27,161 nucleotides of DNA, taken from the IMG/VR virus record IMGVR_UViG_3300017963_000223; one strand, given 5' to 3'. This document shows, in pieces, positions 7,786-16,006 of this stretch (position 1 is its first letter; the number at the start of each line of letters is the position of its first letter). The translations under genes and the position numbers were made by a program. Under the pieces are notes generated by a model that saw nothing but the letters and a program-made list of their open reading frames with translations, made no database searches and was not told the DNA's origin. Origin of the DNA: a virus. Lineage: Duplodnaviria; Heunggongvirae; Uroviricota; Caudoviricetes.

Positions 7786-8156
7786 TTCTTTGCCTCACTG
7801 AGTTTGAGTGTCTGTTTGCGGCGGTGTTCCTTCCGTTTGAACATCACTTGCTTCTTGCCGTACAATAGCTCGTTGTCTTCTACCTTGAAAATGGCGACAT
7901 AGTATCCGCATTCTTCCAGGTCTTCCAGCCAATCCTCGAACCAATCGAACAGGGCGTCAAGCGAATCGAAGCCGCAGTGGTGGTCCTTGCTGTATTTGCG
8001 GATACCGTCAGTGAATGGTGGCGGGTGTTGCTCGACGAGGAACTCCCGGTCCAGCTTTTCGGCCAGCTTCTTACATTTCTTGTTCATCGCATTGTAACTG
8101 GCTTCGTAAGGTCCATGCCGACGGTCGTAATGTTCGACTCGGTAGATGGTTTTCAT
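7782..8156 (-). CDS. Hypothetical phage protein, 124 aa (IYRVEH...GPY...CGF...WF)
   Basis: ATGA overlap; start re-assigned to 8156. Confidence 0.7.
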   Translation of the reverse strand: MKTIYRVEHYDRRHGPYEASYNAMNKKCKKLAEKLDREFLVEQHPPPFTDGIRKYSKDHHCGFDSLDALFDWFEDWLEDLEECGYYVAIFKVEDNELLYGKKQVMFKRKEHRRKQTLKLSEAKK

Positions 8157-8350
8157 ATTTCGTGCCACTCTGTTGTTGTGCGCGGGTAGCCTGCGTAGTA
8201 AAGAGTCACCGGGTCTTCGCTGCCGAACCAAGACCATTTCTTCCTGGCTCGTCGGGTTGCTTCCTCTTCGGTTTTGCCGACGACCACTCCCAGAAACTCA
8301 GGATGGCCGTTCCCGGAGTTCGTCTCGGCTGTCATTATGCAGATTTTCAT
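8153..8350 (-). CDS. Hypothetical protein, 65 aa
   Basis: ATGA overlap with upstream stop; start re-assigned to 8350. Confidence 0.6.
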   Translation of the reverse strand: MKICIMTAETNSGNGHPEFLGVVVGKTEEEATRRARKKWSWFGSEDPVTLYYAGYPRTTTEWHEI

Positions 8351-8616
8351 TTTGATGGTTCCAGAGATACGTTCACTTGCATAAGCTCTTCGGAGGTCGC
8401 CGCATCCCGCCAAAAGCCACCGGACGTCATGTAGGCCTCCGGGAACTCACTGCTAATCAGAGGCATAACAACACCAAAGAATGTACGATGGCTGCCTCCG
8501 CCTTTGATGCGCAAGTAGGTTTTCTCTTGATGGGCCAGCTTGCGACGCCGAACTCGGACTTGGGCGCCCTTGTCTCTCAGTTGTTTGACGACGTTCGCCA
8601 CCTTTTGTGTACTCAT
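8347..8616 (-). CDS. Hypothetical basic protein, 89 aa
   Basis: ATGA overlap with the ATPase stop; start re-assigned to 8616. Confidence 0.6.
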   Translation of the reverse strand: MSTQKVANVVKQLRDKGAQVRVRRRKLAHQEKTYLRIKGGGSHRTFFGVVMPLISSEFPEAYMTSGGFWRDAATSEELMQVNVSLEPSK

Positions 8617-10025
8617 TTCATCCACCGGATCAGAAGTCGCATGAGGAAGTTCTGAAGGTCTCGACTACAGTCGGCGCTTCCCGTTACATAGTGGCTCACC
8701 TCTTCCAAAGCTGTCTCCAGAAGAACGTCGCCGCCAAGGTCGTTCCGAATATGTACGGTGCCGTCGCCCGGTTTGACGAAGCCGAAGCAATCGCTCTCGG
8801 CATTGGAGATTTCGTTGAAGCCCTTGATCTTGGGCTTCGGACACTTCTCCAGGTCGATCAGTTCAGCGGCCTCGATCCACGACCACACCAAGTTGACTGC
8901 GTCGATTGCCTCAAAGGTCGGCACAGTGACCACTCGCCCTCGCCGCTCCTCGCCGTCGAGCACGTTGTCGGTTGTCGGAATGTCGAAAGACTTAACGACC
9001 TCCATCATCCCCGGCTCTTTGATGACGCCCAGGTCAAAGCCCTTGCGGCGGGCGAACTCGCCAACGATACCGTCGTTCTGCGAACAGGCGACCTTGTCGC
9101 CATGGACAGTTTCCCAAGCTTCCTGCCACGTCTTCTTTTGCTTTTCGTTCTCGCTGCTCCAAGTGTCAGGCTTCAGATAGTAGCTGTCCAGCTTGGTTTC
9201 CAGGCACTCTTCGCCCCGGTCGACGGCCCGGAGGAATGTGACCACGTCGTCGTGGCTGGCGTCCCGATACAGGCGGCAGATGGCTGCACGAACCCCGTAC
9301 TCGTCCAGGTTACGGCTCTCGTCAATCGCGATCTGATTGCCGGTGAAGTTGTAGTCGGCGATGCTGTCCGGGTGGCTGTTCATCTCTCGGACGAAGACGC
9401 CGTTGTAGTAGATTTGAGCCTTGCGGCGGTCGCCCAGCTTGGGAAGAATCCGCTTGTTCGGATTGTAGCCCGCCGAGAAGTGGAGGAACTTGTGTTGCAG
9501 GTTGTCCACGTACTCCTGCCCTTGCTCGTCGGCGTCGATGAAGACTCGCGTGTAGCCCGCTTGAGCTTTCTTCTTGCTGTCTTCAACAATGTCGACGATC
9601 AGGTCACAGTTGGTGTGGGCATCGGCCACAGTGTCGCCCGCCTTGATCGTGCGATCGATGGCGTTGGAGATGAACTCCCGATACGCCATGTCGACCTCTT
9701 GCCAGTCGATGGCCCCGAAGTCCAGCACCCACCCGAGGTCCAGCTTCTTCTTCGACGTTCCGCCAAACTGGACGTACACCTGACGCTTCTGCTGCTCGTC
9801 GATACCGTCGCTGATGGTGATGGTCTTGGTCTTGAATTCCAGGCGGGTGAGGCCACAGTAGACCGTGACCTTGCGGCCGAGACGCAGGAGAGTGGTGATG
9901 GCAAGCTTGGCTCCACTGCCGAACTGACCGATGAGGTCCTCGTCCGAGCGGCTGAGGCTGGCGCCAAGGAGGGTGAACGCTTCAATCGGGGCCTCGCCCT
10001 TGTTCTGGATGAGAAGTTGCGACAT
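8613..10025 (-). CDS. GHKL (HATPase_c-like) ATPase with permuted motif order and a C-terminal EExxH zincin-like segment
   Basis: IQNKG, LIGQFGSGAKLAI, W..AYREFISNAID, AGYTRVFI; C-terminal ETALEEVSHYVTGSAD. Has its own promoter and AGAGGT RBS. Confidence 0.75.
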   Translation of the reverse strand: MSQLLIQNKGEAPIEAFTLLGASLSRSDEDLIGQFGSGAKLAITTLLRLGRKVTVYCGLTRLEFKTKTITISDGIDEQQKRQVYVQFGGTSKKKLDLGWVLDFGAIDWQEVDMAYREFISNAIDRTIKAGDTVADAHTNCDLIVDIVEDSKKKAQAGYTRVFIDADEQGQEYVDNLQHKFLHFSAGYNPNKRILPKLGDRRKAQIYYNGVFVREMNSHPDSIADYNFTGNQIAIDESRNLDEYGVRAAICRLYRDASHDDVVTFLRAVDRGEECLETKLDSYYLKPDTWSSENEKQKKTWQEAWETVHGDKVACSQNDGIVGEFARRKGFDLGVIKEPGMMEVVKSFDIPTTDNVLDGEERRGRVVTVPTFEAIDAVNLVWSWIEAAELIDLEKCPKPKIKGFNEISNAESDCFGFVKPGDGTVHIRNDLGGDVLLETALEEVSHYVTGSADCSRDLQNFLMRLLIRWMK

Positions 10026-10061
10026 CGTTTGACCTCTGGGTTAGTTGGTGTTGATACTATA

Positions 10062-10089
10062 AGTATACACCAAAAAACTGGAAAGTCAA
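10062..10089 (-). promoter_or_regulatory. Sigma70-type promoter TTGACT-N16-TATACT driving the GHKL gene
   Basis: - strand GAGAATCCAT-TTGACT-TTCCAGTTTTTTGGTG-TATACT; same family and upstream element as the + strand array promoters. Confidence 0.85.
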
Positions 10090-10097
10090 ATGGATTC

Positions 10098-10451
10098 TCA
10101 AGAAATTTCTGGGTGTGCCTTGTCGGTAATGTAGTTCACCATGTAGGCCGCCATGGCGTTGGCTTCCTTCAAATTGGCGTTCAACTTTGGCAGTCTGTCT
10201 TTGTGATGCTGGATTTCAGCCTCGCTGAAGGGCAGGGCAGGGCCGAAACCGAACCCCGCCCCTTCATCATTGCTCTGCCATTCTTGTTCAGCTTGTCTGT
10301 TAGCTCGTTCGCAGGCGCCTATCTGACTGATGCAGCTACAGTGCGCTTGCCGAGCCTCCTCGGCTTGGTAAAGCCAAAACTTCAGCATGGCCTTGGCCAC
10401 GTCTCTTGGCTGCGTTGTTTCCAGTGTGAGTTCGACATGCGTGCATTTCAT
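10098..10451 (-). CDS. Hypothetical helical protein, 117 aa
   Basis: Starts 1 nt after the ugd stop; packed operon. Confidence 0.65.
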   Translation of the reverse strand: MKCTHVELTLETTQPRDVAKAMLKFWLYQAEEARQAHCSCISQIGACERANRQAEQEWQSNDEGAGFGFGPALPFSEAEIQHHKDRLPKLNANLKEANAMAAYMVNYITDKAHPEIS

Positions 10452-10452
10452 C

Positions 10453-11790
10453 TCAAAACTCCGAAGGGTCTCCGATTGATGCGTAGTGGAAGCCAGTGGC
10501 CCGCATGCGGGTTGGGTTCAACAGGTTCCGACCGTCGAAAAGCCAAGCGGGTCGCTCCATGCTGCGCTTGATGGTGTGCCAAGGCAGATCGATGTACTGA
10601 GGCCAGTCAGTTGCAAGGATGACGGCGTGGGCCCCGGTCGCACACTTCAGTGGATCATCAAAATGAGTGAAGCGAGTCCTCTCATACGTCTTCAGTGTAG
10701 CTTTCGGATCAGTGATACGAACGTCCGCACCTTCATCGGCGAGGAGTTCGCAGAGGCGGAGCGCTGGCGACTCGCGGGTGTCTCCGGTGCCAGCCTTGAA
10801 GGCATACCCAAAGACGGCGATTCGCTTGTCCTTGAGGGTGCCGAACAGTCGCTTGCTGAGCCGTCGCACAAGCCGGTCCTGCTGGTGCTCGTTCATCTTG
10901 ATGACGGACTCCCAATAGTCGGCCACCTCGGTCAGTCCCTTGGAGCGTGCGATGTAGACAAGATTTAGCACATCCTTCTTGAAGCATGAACCACCGAAGC
11001 CAAGCGACGCCTGTAGGAAGTGCTGACCGACGCGCGGGTCGGTGCCGACGGCTTTGGACAGTTCGTCAACGTGGGCGTTGGTGTGTTCGCACACCTCGGC
11101 CAGAGAGTTGATCGACGACACACGCTGAGCCAGCATTGCATTGGATGCCAGCTTGGACAACTCGGAAGTCCAGATGTCGGTCAGGATGATGCGGTCGCTG
11201 GGCACCCAGTTGTAGAGTGAAACCAGCTTAGCCATCGCATCAACACCTCGGCCCGAGCCGGTGCTTCCTATCAGAACTCGATGCGGGACCTCCAAGTCGG
11301 CAATCGCTGTGCCCTCGGCCAGGAACTCCGGATTACTCAGTATGGAGAAGGTTTTGTCGTCGGTGTCTTCCAAGACTTCATGGAGCATCTCGTTCGTGCC
11401 GACAGGTACGGTGGTCTTCTCGATGACGACCGTGTGGCCAGAAGCGAACTTGTTGATCTGTCGAGCCACGGCTTCGACCTTACTGGTATCACAAGCATAC
11501 CCGGCCCCGGTGCCTTCCGTCTTGGTCGGGGTGTCCACCGAGATGAAGATGATGTCGGCCTTGCCGATCTCTCCCCGAACGTCCGTCGAGAACGTCAGGT
11601 TATAGCCCCGGCGGTCCTTGACGATCGCATCCAGGTTTGGTTCGTAGATCGGCAACATGTCGGAGTTCCAATCGCAGATTCGTTGGCGGTCGATGTCCAC
11701 AACAACGAAATGATGCTCCAAATTATACTTGGCCATGACAGCCATCGTCGGGCCGCCTACATAGCCAGCGCCAATACACAATACTCTCAT
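10453..11790 (-). CDS. ugd: UDP-glucose 6-dehydrogenase (eukaryote-like subfamily)
   Basis: CIGAGYVGGPT, VIEKTTVPVGT, SNPEFLAEG, SELSKLASNA.LAQRVSSINS, catalytic GFGGSCFKKD, YAFKAGTGDTRESPA, FDGRN. Confidence 0.97.
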   Translation of the reverse strand: MRVLCIGAGYVGGPTMAVMAKYNLEHHFVVVDIDRQRICDWNSDMLPIYEPNLDAIVKDRRGYNLTFSTDVRGEIGKADIIFISVDTPTKTEGTGAGYACDTSKVEAVARQINKFASGHTVVIEKTTVPVGTNEMLHEVLEDTDDKTFSILSNPEFLAEGTAIADLEVPHRVLIGSTGSGRGVDAMAKLVSLYNWVPSDRIILTDIWTSELSKLASNAMLAQRVSSINSLAEVCEHTNAHVDELSKAVGTDPRVGQHFLQASLGFGGSCFKKDVLNLVYIARSKGLTEVADYWESVIKMNEHQQDRLVRRLSKRLFGTLKDKRIAVFGYAFKAGTGDTRESPALRLCELLADEGADVRITDPKATLKTYERTRFTHFDDPLKCATGAHAVILATDWPQYIDLPWHTIKRSMERPAWLFDGRNLLNPTRMRATGFHYASIGDPSEF

Positions 11791-12401
11791 GCTTGTTCTC
11801 CTCGGTAGTTCTGGTAAAACTCTGGTAGATCGTGTCCGGGTGCGTCGGTTAGCCGACTGTATAAGTATGATTCATGCAGTGGTTTGAAGTTCCCGGTCAG
11901 CTTGTAGATGTGGTCCACGCCGACATCCATAGAGCGGCGTTGCCACCCCAGTGCCTCGTCCAATGTGCCCTCTCGCTGCCCATGGCAGTGGCCATACAAA
12001 TGAGCCCAGCCCTTGTGGCTTCCTTCCCAAAATGCCATCGGGGTGTGACAGAGAACTGTCTTCAGTCGGCCGCCGTACCAGCCCCGTAGCTGGGTCAAGC
12101 GGACTCGGGGAATCTCGCCGAACACCCTGCGACTCTTCTCTGGTCGGTCGTGGTTGCCTCGGATCAGATGGACGTGCTTGCACTTGATCCTCATCCGGTA
12201 CTTGCCGGGCTTGTCCAGGGCGAAGTCGCCAAGGACAAATAGCTCGTCATCCACACGGATGGAGCCGTTGATGGCGTTGATCAAATAGTTGTCGTGCGCC
12301 TCGACGCTGGCGAAGAGTTCCTTGGTGCCGGGCCGATAACGAGGGAAGTCCATTATCAGCTTCTCGTGGCCAAAATGACAATCGGCTATGAAGTATCTCA
12401 T
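11787..12401 (-). CDS. Calcineurin-like metallophosphoesterase (phage type)
   Basis: ADCHFGH, LGDF, RGNHD, CHTP, LYGHCH; ATGA overlap; start re-assigned to 12401. Confidence 0.9.
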   Translation of the reverse strand: MRYFIADCHFGHEKLIMDFPRYRPGTKELFASVEAHDNYLINAINGSIRVDDELFVLGDFALDKPGKYRMRIKCKHVHLIRGNHDRPEKSRRVFGEIPRVRLTQLRGWYGGRLKTVLCHTPMAFWEGSHKGWAHLYGHCHGQREGTLDEALGWQRRSMDVGVDHIYKLTGNFKPLHESYLYSRLTDAPGHDLPEFYQNYRGEQA

Positions 12402-12808
12402 CGCTCTACTCGCTCGATCTTGACAGTGGGGTCTTCGTGAAAGCCTGGGTGGCCTCCGCCCTTCCACAGTTCATCGAACTCCTTCTCTGCTTCGATGGAC
12501 CACCGGCTCTTTTGCCAGGTCTCAGTTAGATGCACCATCTCGTTCCCGTACTTCTCCATAGCTCGCTTCTGGCAGCATTGATACAGGGCGTTCTTGATGC
12601 ACATGCGGAGCCCTTCCTCCACCATCTCCGCCTCGAATGGGTGTCGGCCGTCGCGCCAGTCATGGAGGATTCGGTTAAGGGCGGTTGCGAGGTCGGGGTC
12701 GACCGGGCTACCATACTGAGTCATCTCAAAAGTGAGCGTCAGTTCGTAGTGGTGCGGTGTGGGCACCGGGTCGTCGGCCTTGATGGTGCGCTTACTGACT
12801 AAGTTCAT
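12398..12808 (-). CDS. Hypothetical protein, 136 aa
   Basis: ATGA overlaps at both ends. Confidence 0.7.
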   Translation of the reverse strand: MNLVSKRTIKADDPVPTPHHYELTLTFEMTQYGSPVDPDLATALNRILHDWRDGRHPFEAEMVEEGLRMCIKNALYQCCQKRAMEKYGNEMVHLTETWQKSRWSIEAEKEFDELWKGGGHPGFHEDPTVKIERVER

Positions 12809-13035
12809 TGAGATTCTCTTTCGTGAATGTCCAAGTGTATGTAGTATGCGAGCGCCGCCAACAAGAACGCCGCCAAACCAAACAGTGAGCCCACGTAGGT
12901 TAGCCGCTCTACGATCGGCGGCGATTGTTCAGCTAGGATGTAAAACCATGCCGCCGCACCGACGCAAGCTATGCACACGAAAGCAAGGACAGTGACGGTG
13001 AAGGCCACTACAGCCTTGAGATACGTTCTAAGCAT
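12805..13035 (-). CDS. Small two-transmembrane-helix protein, 76 aa
   Basis: Two long hydrophobic segments; GGAG RBS; start overlaps upstream stop. Confidence 0.65.
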   Translation of the reverse strand: MLRTYLKAVVAFTVTVLAFVCIACVGAAAWFYILAEQSPPIVERLTYVGSLFGLAAFLLAALAYYIHLDIHERESQ

Positions 13036-13229
13036 CAGTGTCTCCTCGGTTTCAGGTCGACCATCCAATCGAGTACACAGTCGGTTCGCGTGACTATCAC
13101 AAGCTCATCGCACTCGTCAATAATCGCTCGCACATAATTCGTGCCTCTCCATACTTGACGACACATATTCATTATAGGTTGAGGCCCTCTTTCTTCCACA
13201 AACGCCACCAGTAGCTCTCGGTCGGTCAT
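13035..13229 (-). CDS. Hypothetical protein, 64 aa (possible winged-helix)
   Basis: GAGGAG RBS, ATGA overlap; start re-assigned to 13229. Confidence 0.6.
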   Translation of the reverse strand: MTDRELLVAFVEERGPQPIMNMCRQVWRGTNYVRAIIDECDELVIVTRTDCVLDWMVDLKPRRH

Positions 13230-13660
13230 TCCGGGCTCCTCGCTGCTGTTGCCGGGACCACCTTCTCTACTTTCTGGATTCGGTGAAGGCATCCAGCCGT
13301 CCAATCATGTACCTCTCCGTCTTCCACGGCAAGAATGTGATGTGCGGTTCTCACAAGCCACTTGCCCTTGCGACCTCTCATAACTCGGGCCAGGGTGCGG
13401 ACGGTGCGACCACCCATAATGTCTCGCCACAGTTTCGTTTGATCCTCGGTGGTGAGGTCCAAGAAGTCCAAAGCCTCTTTGGTTTGGTAGTAGAAGGTGC
13501 TTCTGCGGCGCTTCCTACCTATCAATTCAAAAAGGCAGTGAGCATCATAATAAGACAGGTCGCCGACGATGGCGATGGCCTTGACCGCACAGTCTTGGGT
13601 CTCACCCAGCACATTGGAGTCGGAGGCCAGTTTCAGGAATTTGTTGGTGAGTTCACTCAT
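13226..13660 (-). CDS. Papain-like/peptidase C39-like fold protein, probably leaderless
   Basis: QDCAVKAIA (Cys), AHHILAV (His), VHDW (Asp); ATG lies 7 nt after the -10 box of the 13667-13694 promoter. Confidence 0.6.
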   Translation of the reverse strand: MSELTNKFLKLASDSNVLGETQDCAVKAIAIVGDLSYYDAHCLFELIGRKRRRSTFYYQTKEALDFLDLTTEDQTKLWRDIMGGRTVRTLARVMRGRKGKWLVRTAHHILAVEDGEVHDWTAGCLHRIQKVEKVVPATAARSPE

Positions 13661-13666
13661 ACCTAA

Positions 13667-13694
13667 AGTATACACCATGAAACGAGAAAGTCAA
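13667..13694 (-). promoter_or_regulatory. Sigma70-type promoter TTGACT-N16-TATACT; -35 box overlaps the upstream TGA stop
   Basis: - strand TTGACT-TTCTCGTTTCATGGTG-TATACT-TTAGGT-ATG. Confidence 0.85.
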
Positions 13695-14065
13695 GTGAGA
13701 GACTCAATTTCGTGCAACTTTCTCAGTCGCCAGTTGTAAACAACCTCCATGATGTCGTGTACCACATTGACTCCTGGGCACTTTACAAAACGATAGAATT
13801 CTTGAGGGGCTCGCTTTGGGTTAGTAAAATCAAATTGCGGGATGTCACTCTTAGCCTCCACGCGCACAGCCGCCAAAGCGGCGTCCCCAGCCGGGCCCTC
13901 GAAACCGTCGAAAATTGCATTACCCAAGCGAATCCGTTGCAGCCATTTGGCAAACTCATCGGCCAGCGTCACCACAGCGGTGTCAATTTCATCTCGACTT
14001 GTCAGCGGGAAGCGTGATTCCAACACGGCTATACATGCCTCCGCTGCTTGCTGCTTCTTGGTCAT
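13691..14065 (-). CDS. Hypothetical protein, 124 aa
   Basis: GAGGT RBS; start re-assigned to 14065. Confidence 0.7.
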   Translation of the reverse strand: MTKKQQAAEACIAVLESRFPLTSRDEIDTAVVTLADEFAKWLQRIRLGNAIFDGFEGPAGDAALAAVRVEAKSDIPQFDFTNPKRAPQEFYRFVKCPGVNVVHDIMEVVYNWRLRKLHEIESLT

Positions 14066-14075
14066 TTCGATTACC

Positions 14076-14402
14076 TCAAACAAGGTAGCCAGCGTTTTCC
14101 CAAAGACACTCACCAAGACAGGAACAGCCATCATCCAAGGCTGCCTGCACAGCGGTGTCGGCGATCGCGTCCAGCGCTTCGAGCCACCCCTCGGTCAGAT
14201 CGTCGGCTGTCAGGGTATAGACCTCGTTGCCGTCGAGATCATACCCGATGATCCGAGAAGCCCTCACCTCGATGTTGTATAGCTGCCCTGTTATGACGTA
14301 GTCGCCACAGTATTCGGCGGGCTCCGCACTATACTCAATGAAACAGATGACTTCGCACCCTTGGTCTGGGCTCGCGAACTTGTATTCGTACTCGTGGGTC
14401 AT
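14076..14402 (-). CDS. Hypothetical acidic protein, 108 aa
   Basis: ATGA overlap with upstream stop. Confidence 0.7.
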   Translation of the reverse strand: MTHEYEYKFASPDQGCEVICFIEYSAEPAEYCGDYVITGQLYNIEVRASRIIGYDLDGNEVYTLTADDLTEGWLEALDAIADTAVQAALDDGCSCLGECLWENAGYLV

Positions 14403-14749
14403 TGCTTTGCCTTTCGCTTCGCTTGGCGCTTAGCCTTCTGGCGGCGCTTAGCCTTTGCTGCCTTTGTTTGTTTTGGTGGCAGTTTTCTGTGCTCTACATA
14501 GTATTCGAGCGCTTTGACTGCGGCCACCCTAGTTCGATGCGCTGAGAGAATGTCAAACCACTCACCACGCCTAATCATCACACGATAAACGATCGGGTAG
14601 CCCAGCGGCTCTTTATTTTCGTTGCGCTTACGTCCAAATCGGATGTGCGACTTCTCGATGTAGTAGTTCTTGCAACGGGTCCACCATTGCCACCGCTCAG
14701 CAACGGAGGTATCCGCTCGCTTGCATCGTTTTTGCCAGTCCATCGCCAC
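14399..14749 (-). CDS. Hypothetical basic protein with Lys/Arg/Ala-rich tail, 116 aa
   Basis: C-terminus KAAKAKRRQKAKRQAKRKAKQ suggests nucleic-acid binding; start overlaps upstream stop. Confidence 0.65.
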   Translation of the reverse strand: MAMDWQKRCKRADTSVAERWQWWTRCKNYYIEKSHIRFGRKRNENKEPLGYPIVYRVMIRRGEWFDILSAHRTRVAAVKALEYYVEHRKLPPKQTKAAKAKRRQKAKRQAKRKAKQ

Positions 14750-15057
14750 TACTCAGTCTCCACTTCGATGACACAGAACATCTCGGTGCCGTCCTCAACA
14801 TCGCCTTCTACCTGCTGCCAGTCAGACTGCATGTTCATCTGGACTCGCTCGTTGATCTGGTCAATGATCGCTGCTGATGGAGTGTCCCGGAAGCCTGCGA
14901 TCGCGTTGATGATTGCCTTGGCGCGACTAGGGCCACTGCCGACACCATAACGGCCTGTATTGTCAAACTGTGCCAGGCAGCCGAAATCAAATAGCTGGCG
15001 AGTCATAGGCCCATGGAACGTGTAGCGAAAGTTCGTTAGCTTCGTTGGTTTCATCAT
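14749..15057 (-). CDS. Hypothetical protein, 102 aa (first gene of the leftward unit)
   Basis: GGAGG RBS downstream of the 15091-15119 promoter. Confidence 0.75.
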   Translation of the reverse strand: MMKPTKLTNFRYTFHGPMTRQLFDFGCLAQFDNTGRYGVGSGPSRAKAIINAIAGFRDTPSAAIIDQINERVQMNMQSDWQQVEGDVEDGTEMFCVIEVETE

Positions 15058-15090
15058 TCGAGAGCCTCCAAGGTTAGATGGTCATACTCA

Positions 15091-15119
15091 AGTCTACCAT
15101 ACGAACGCCGATTTGTCAA
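15091..15119 (-). promoter_or_regulatory. Leftward sigma70 promoter TTGACA-N17-TAGACT with extended -10
   Basis: - strand GAAAATCCAT-TTGACA-AATCGGCGTTCGTATGG-TAGACT; divergent from P1. Confidence 0.85.
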
Positions 15120-15130
15120 ATGGATTTTCG

Positions 15131-15183
15131 AGAAATCGGCCCGGTTATTGATCCCAAACTGTCCTAGAGATCGGCCCGGTTAT
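15131..15183. repeat. Two 18-bp direct repeats AGA(A/G)ATCGGCCCGGTTAT, 35 bp apart
   Basis: Copies at 15131-15148 and 15166-15183, one mismatch. Confidence 0.85.
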
Positions 15184-15306
15184 AGGCGGCTGGGGATCAG
15201 CGTAATCGGCACAATCGTAAAAGTCCAATTAACCTGGAGGCGCCGCGCTTAGAGCGCAATCGGAATAATCGTTGCAACCATTGCAATCGCTATAATTGCT
15301 ATGACT

Positions 15307-15337
15307 GGAACATTTGGAACATTCGGAACATTCGGAA
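15307..15337. repeat. Three tandem 9-bp repeats GGAACATT(T/C) just upstream of P1
   Basis: ggaacattt-ggaacattc-ggaacattc-ggaa. Confidence 0.85.
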
Positions 15338-15343
15338 ATCTAT

Positions 15344-15371
15344 TTGACTTTCGGGCGGGGTGTGGTATAGT
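15344..15371 (+). promoter_or_regulatory. Cassette promoter P1: TTGACT-N16-TATAGT, TGTG-extended -10
   Basis: ttgact-ttcgggcggggtgtgg-tatagt. Confidence 0.88.
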
Positions 15372-15410
15372 TGAGTGTTGGCGGAAACAAACCCACCGGA
15401 GGTAACGATT

Positions 15411-15683
15411 ATGACTTTTGAGCTAACTTTGAAGGGTTTTGACGGGTCTACCGATGCCACCGACCACTTGATAAAGTGGGTGAACGCGATTGATCGGCCC
15501 GCGCTAGAAAAATGGCTGCATGATACCGGATTGCAATCTGCCCTAGCTTGTGCCCCTAGCGAGTTGTCGCGACCGTTGACCCATGCTGACGGTGTTGACT
15601 TCACACTCGGAAAGACCGACCCAAAAGTGATCGACAACTGGAAAGACCAGTCTACAACCGGAGGTAACGATTATGTCGAATGA
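15411..15683 (+). CDS. Hypothetical protein, 90 aa (cassette 1 gene a)
   Basis: GGAGGT-AACGATT-ATG; start re-assigned from 15375. Confidence 0.75.
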   Translation: MTFELTLKGFDGSTDATDHLIKWVNAIDRPALEKWLHDTGLQSALACAPSELSRPLTHADGVDFTLGKTDPKVIDNWKDQSTTGGNDYVE

Positions 15684-15957
15684 GAAGATTGAGAAGGCTC
15701 TGCGCTTTTTCGGGATCAATGAGGCGCCGGAGGATTGTGACATCTGTGAGGACGGTAGCGTTTACCATGGGCTCACTCAGATACTCCCGGCCGGGTCAGT
15801 CGCGCCGCCGTGGTTCATCAACCACTACGTTTGCCCTACGTGCGGGGCCACTTGGGACGATGAGTGGGATTGTATGTGCGATGACGAATGCCCTGGTTGT
15901 GGCGCTGTTTGCAGTCCGGTTGACGGTGAGGCAATACCCCACCCCGATTTTCTCTGA
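15673..15957 (+). CDS. Cys-rich acidic zinc-binding protein, 94 aa (cassette 1 gene b)
   Basis: CDIC, CPTC, CMCDDECPGC; 19-bp translation-start region identical to gene a. Confidence 0.75.
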   Translation: MSNEKIEKALRFFGINEAPEDCDICEDGSVYHGLTQILPAGSVAPPWFINHYVCPTCGATWDDEWDCMCDDECPGCGAVCSPVDGEAIPHPDFL

Positions 15958-15965
15958 TTTTCTAT

Positions 15966-15993
15966 TTGACTTTCGGCTAGAGTGTGGTATGAT
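15966..15993 (+). promoter_or_regulatory. Cassette promoter P2: TTGACT-N16-TATGAT
   Basis: ttgact-ttcggctagagtgtgg-tatgat. Confidence 0.88.
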
Positions 15994-16006
15994 TGAATAG
16001 TCAAAC

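Noticed and set aside
8607-10571. 654-aa + strand ORF
   Set aside because: Antisense shadow of the GHKL gene, which has motifs, an RBS and its own promoter; the shadow has no recognisable motifs
15307-15337. LexA/SOS box in the GGAACATT repeats
   Set aside because: Direct repeats, not the palindromic CGAAC-N4-GTTYG or CTGT-N8-ACAG arrangement
15965-16005. 7-bp inverted repeat TTTGACT/AGTCAAA around P2 (possible antisense promoter)
   Set aside because: Single occurrence, short, and no matching -10 on the - strand at the right spacing
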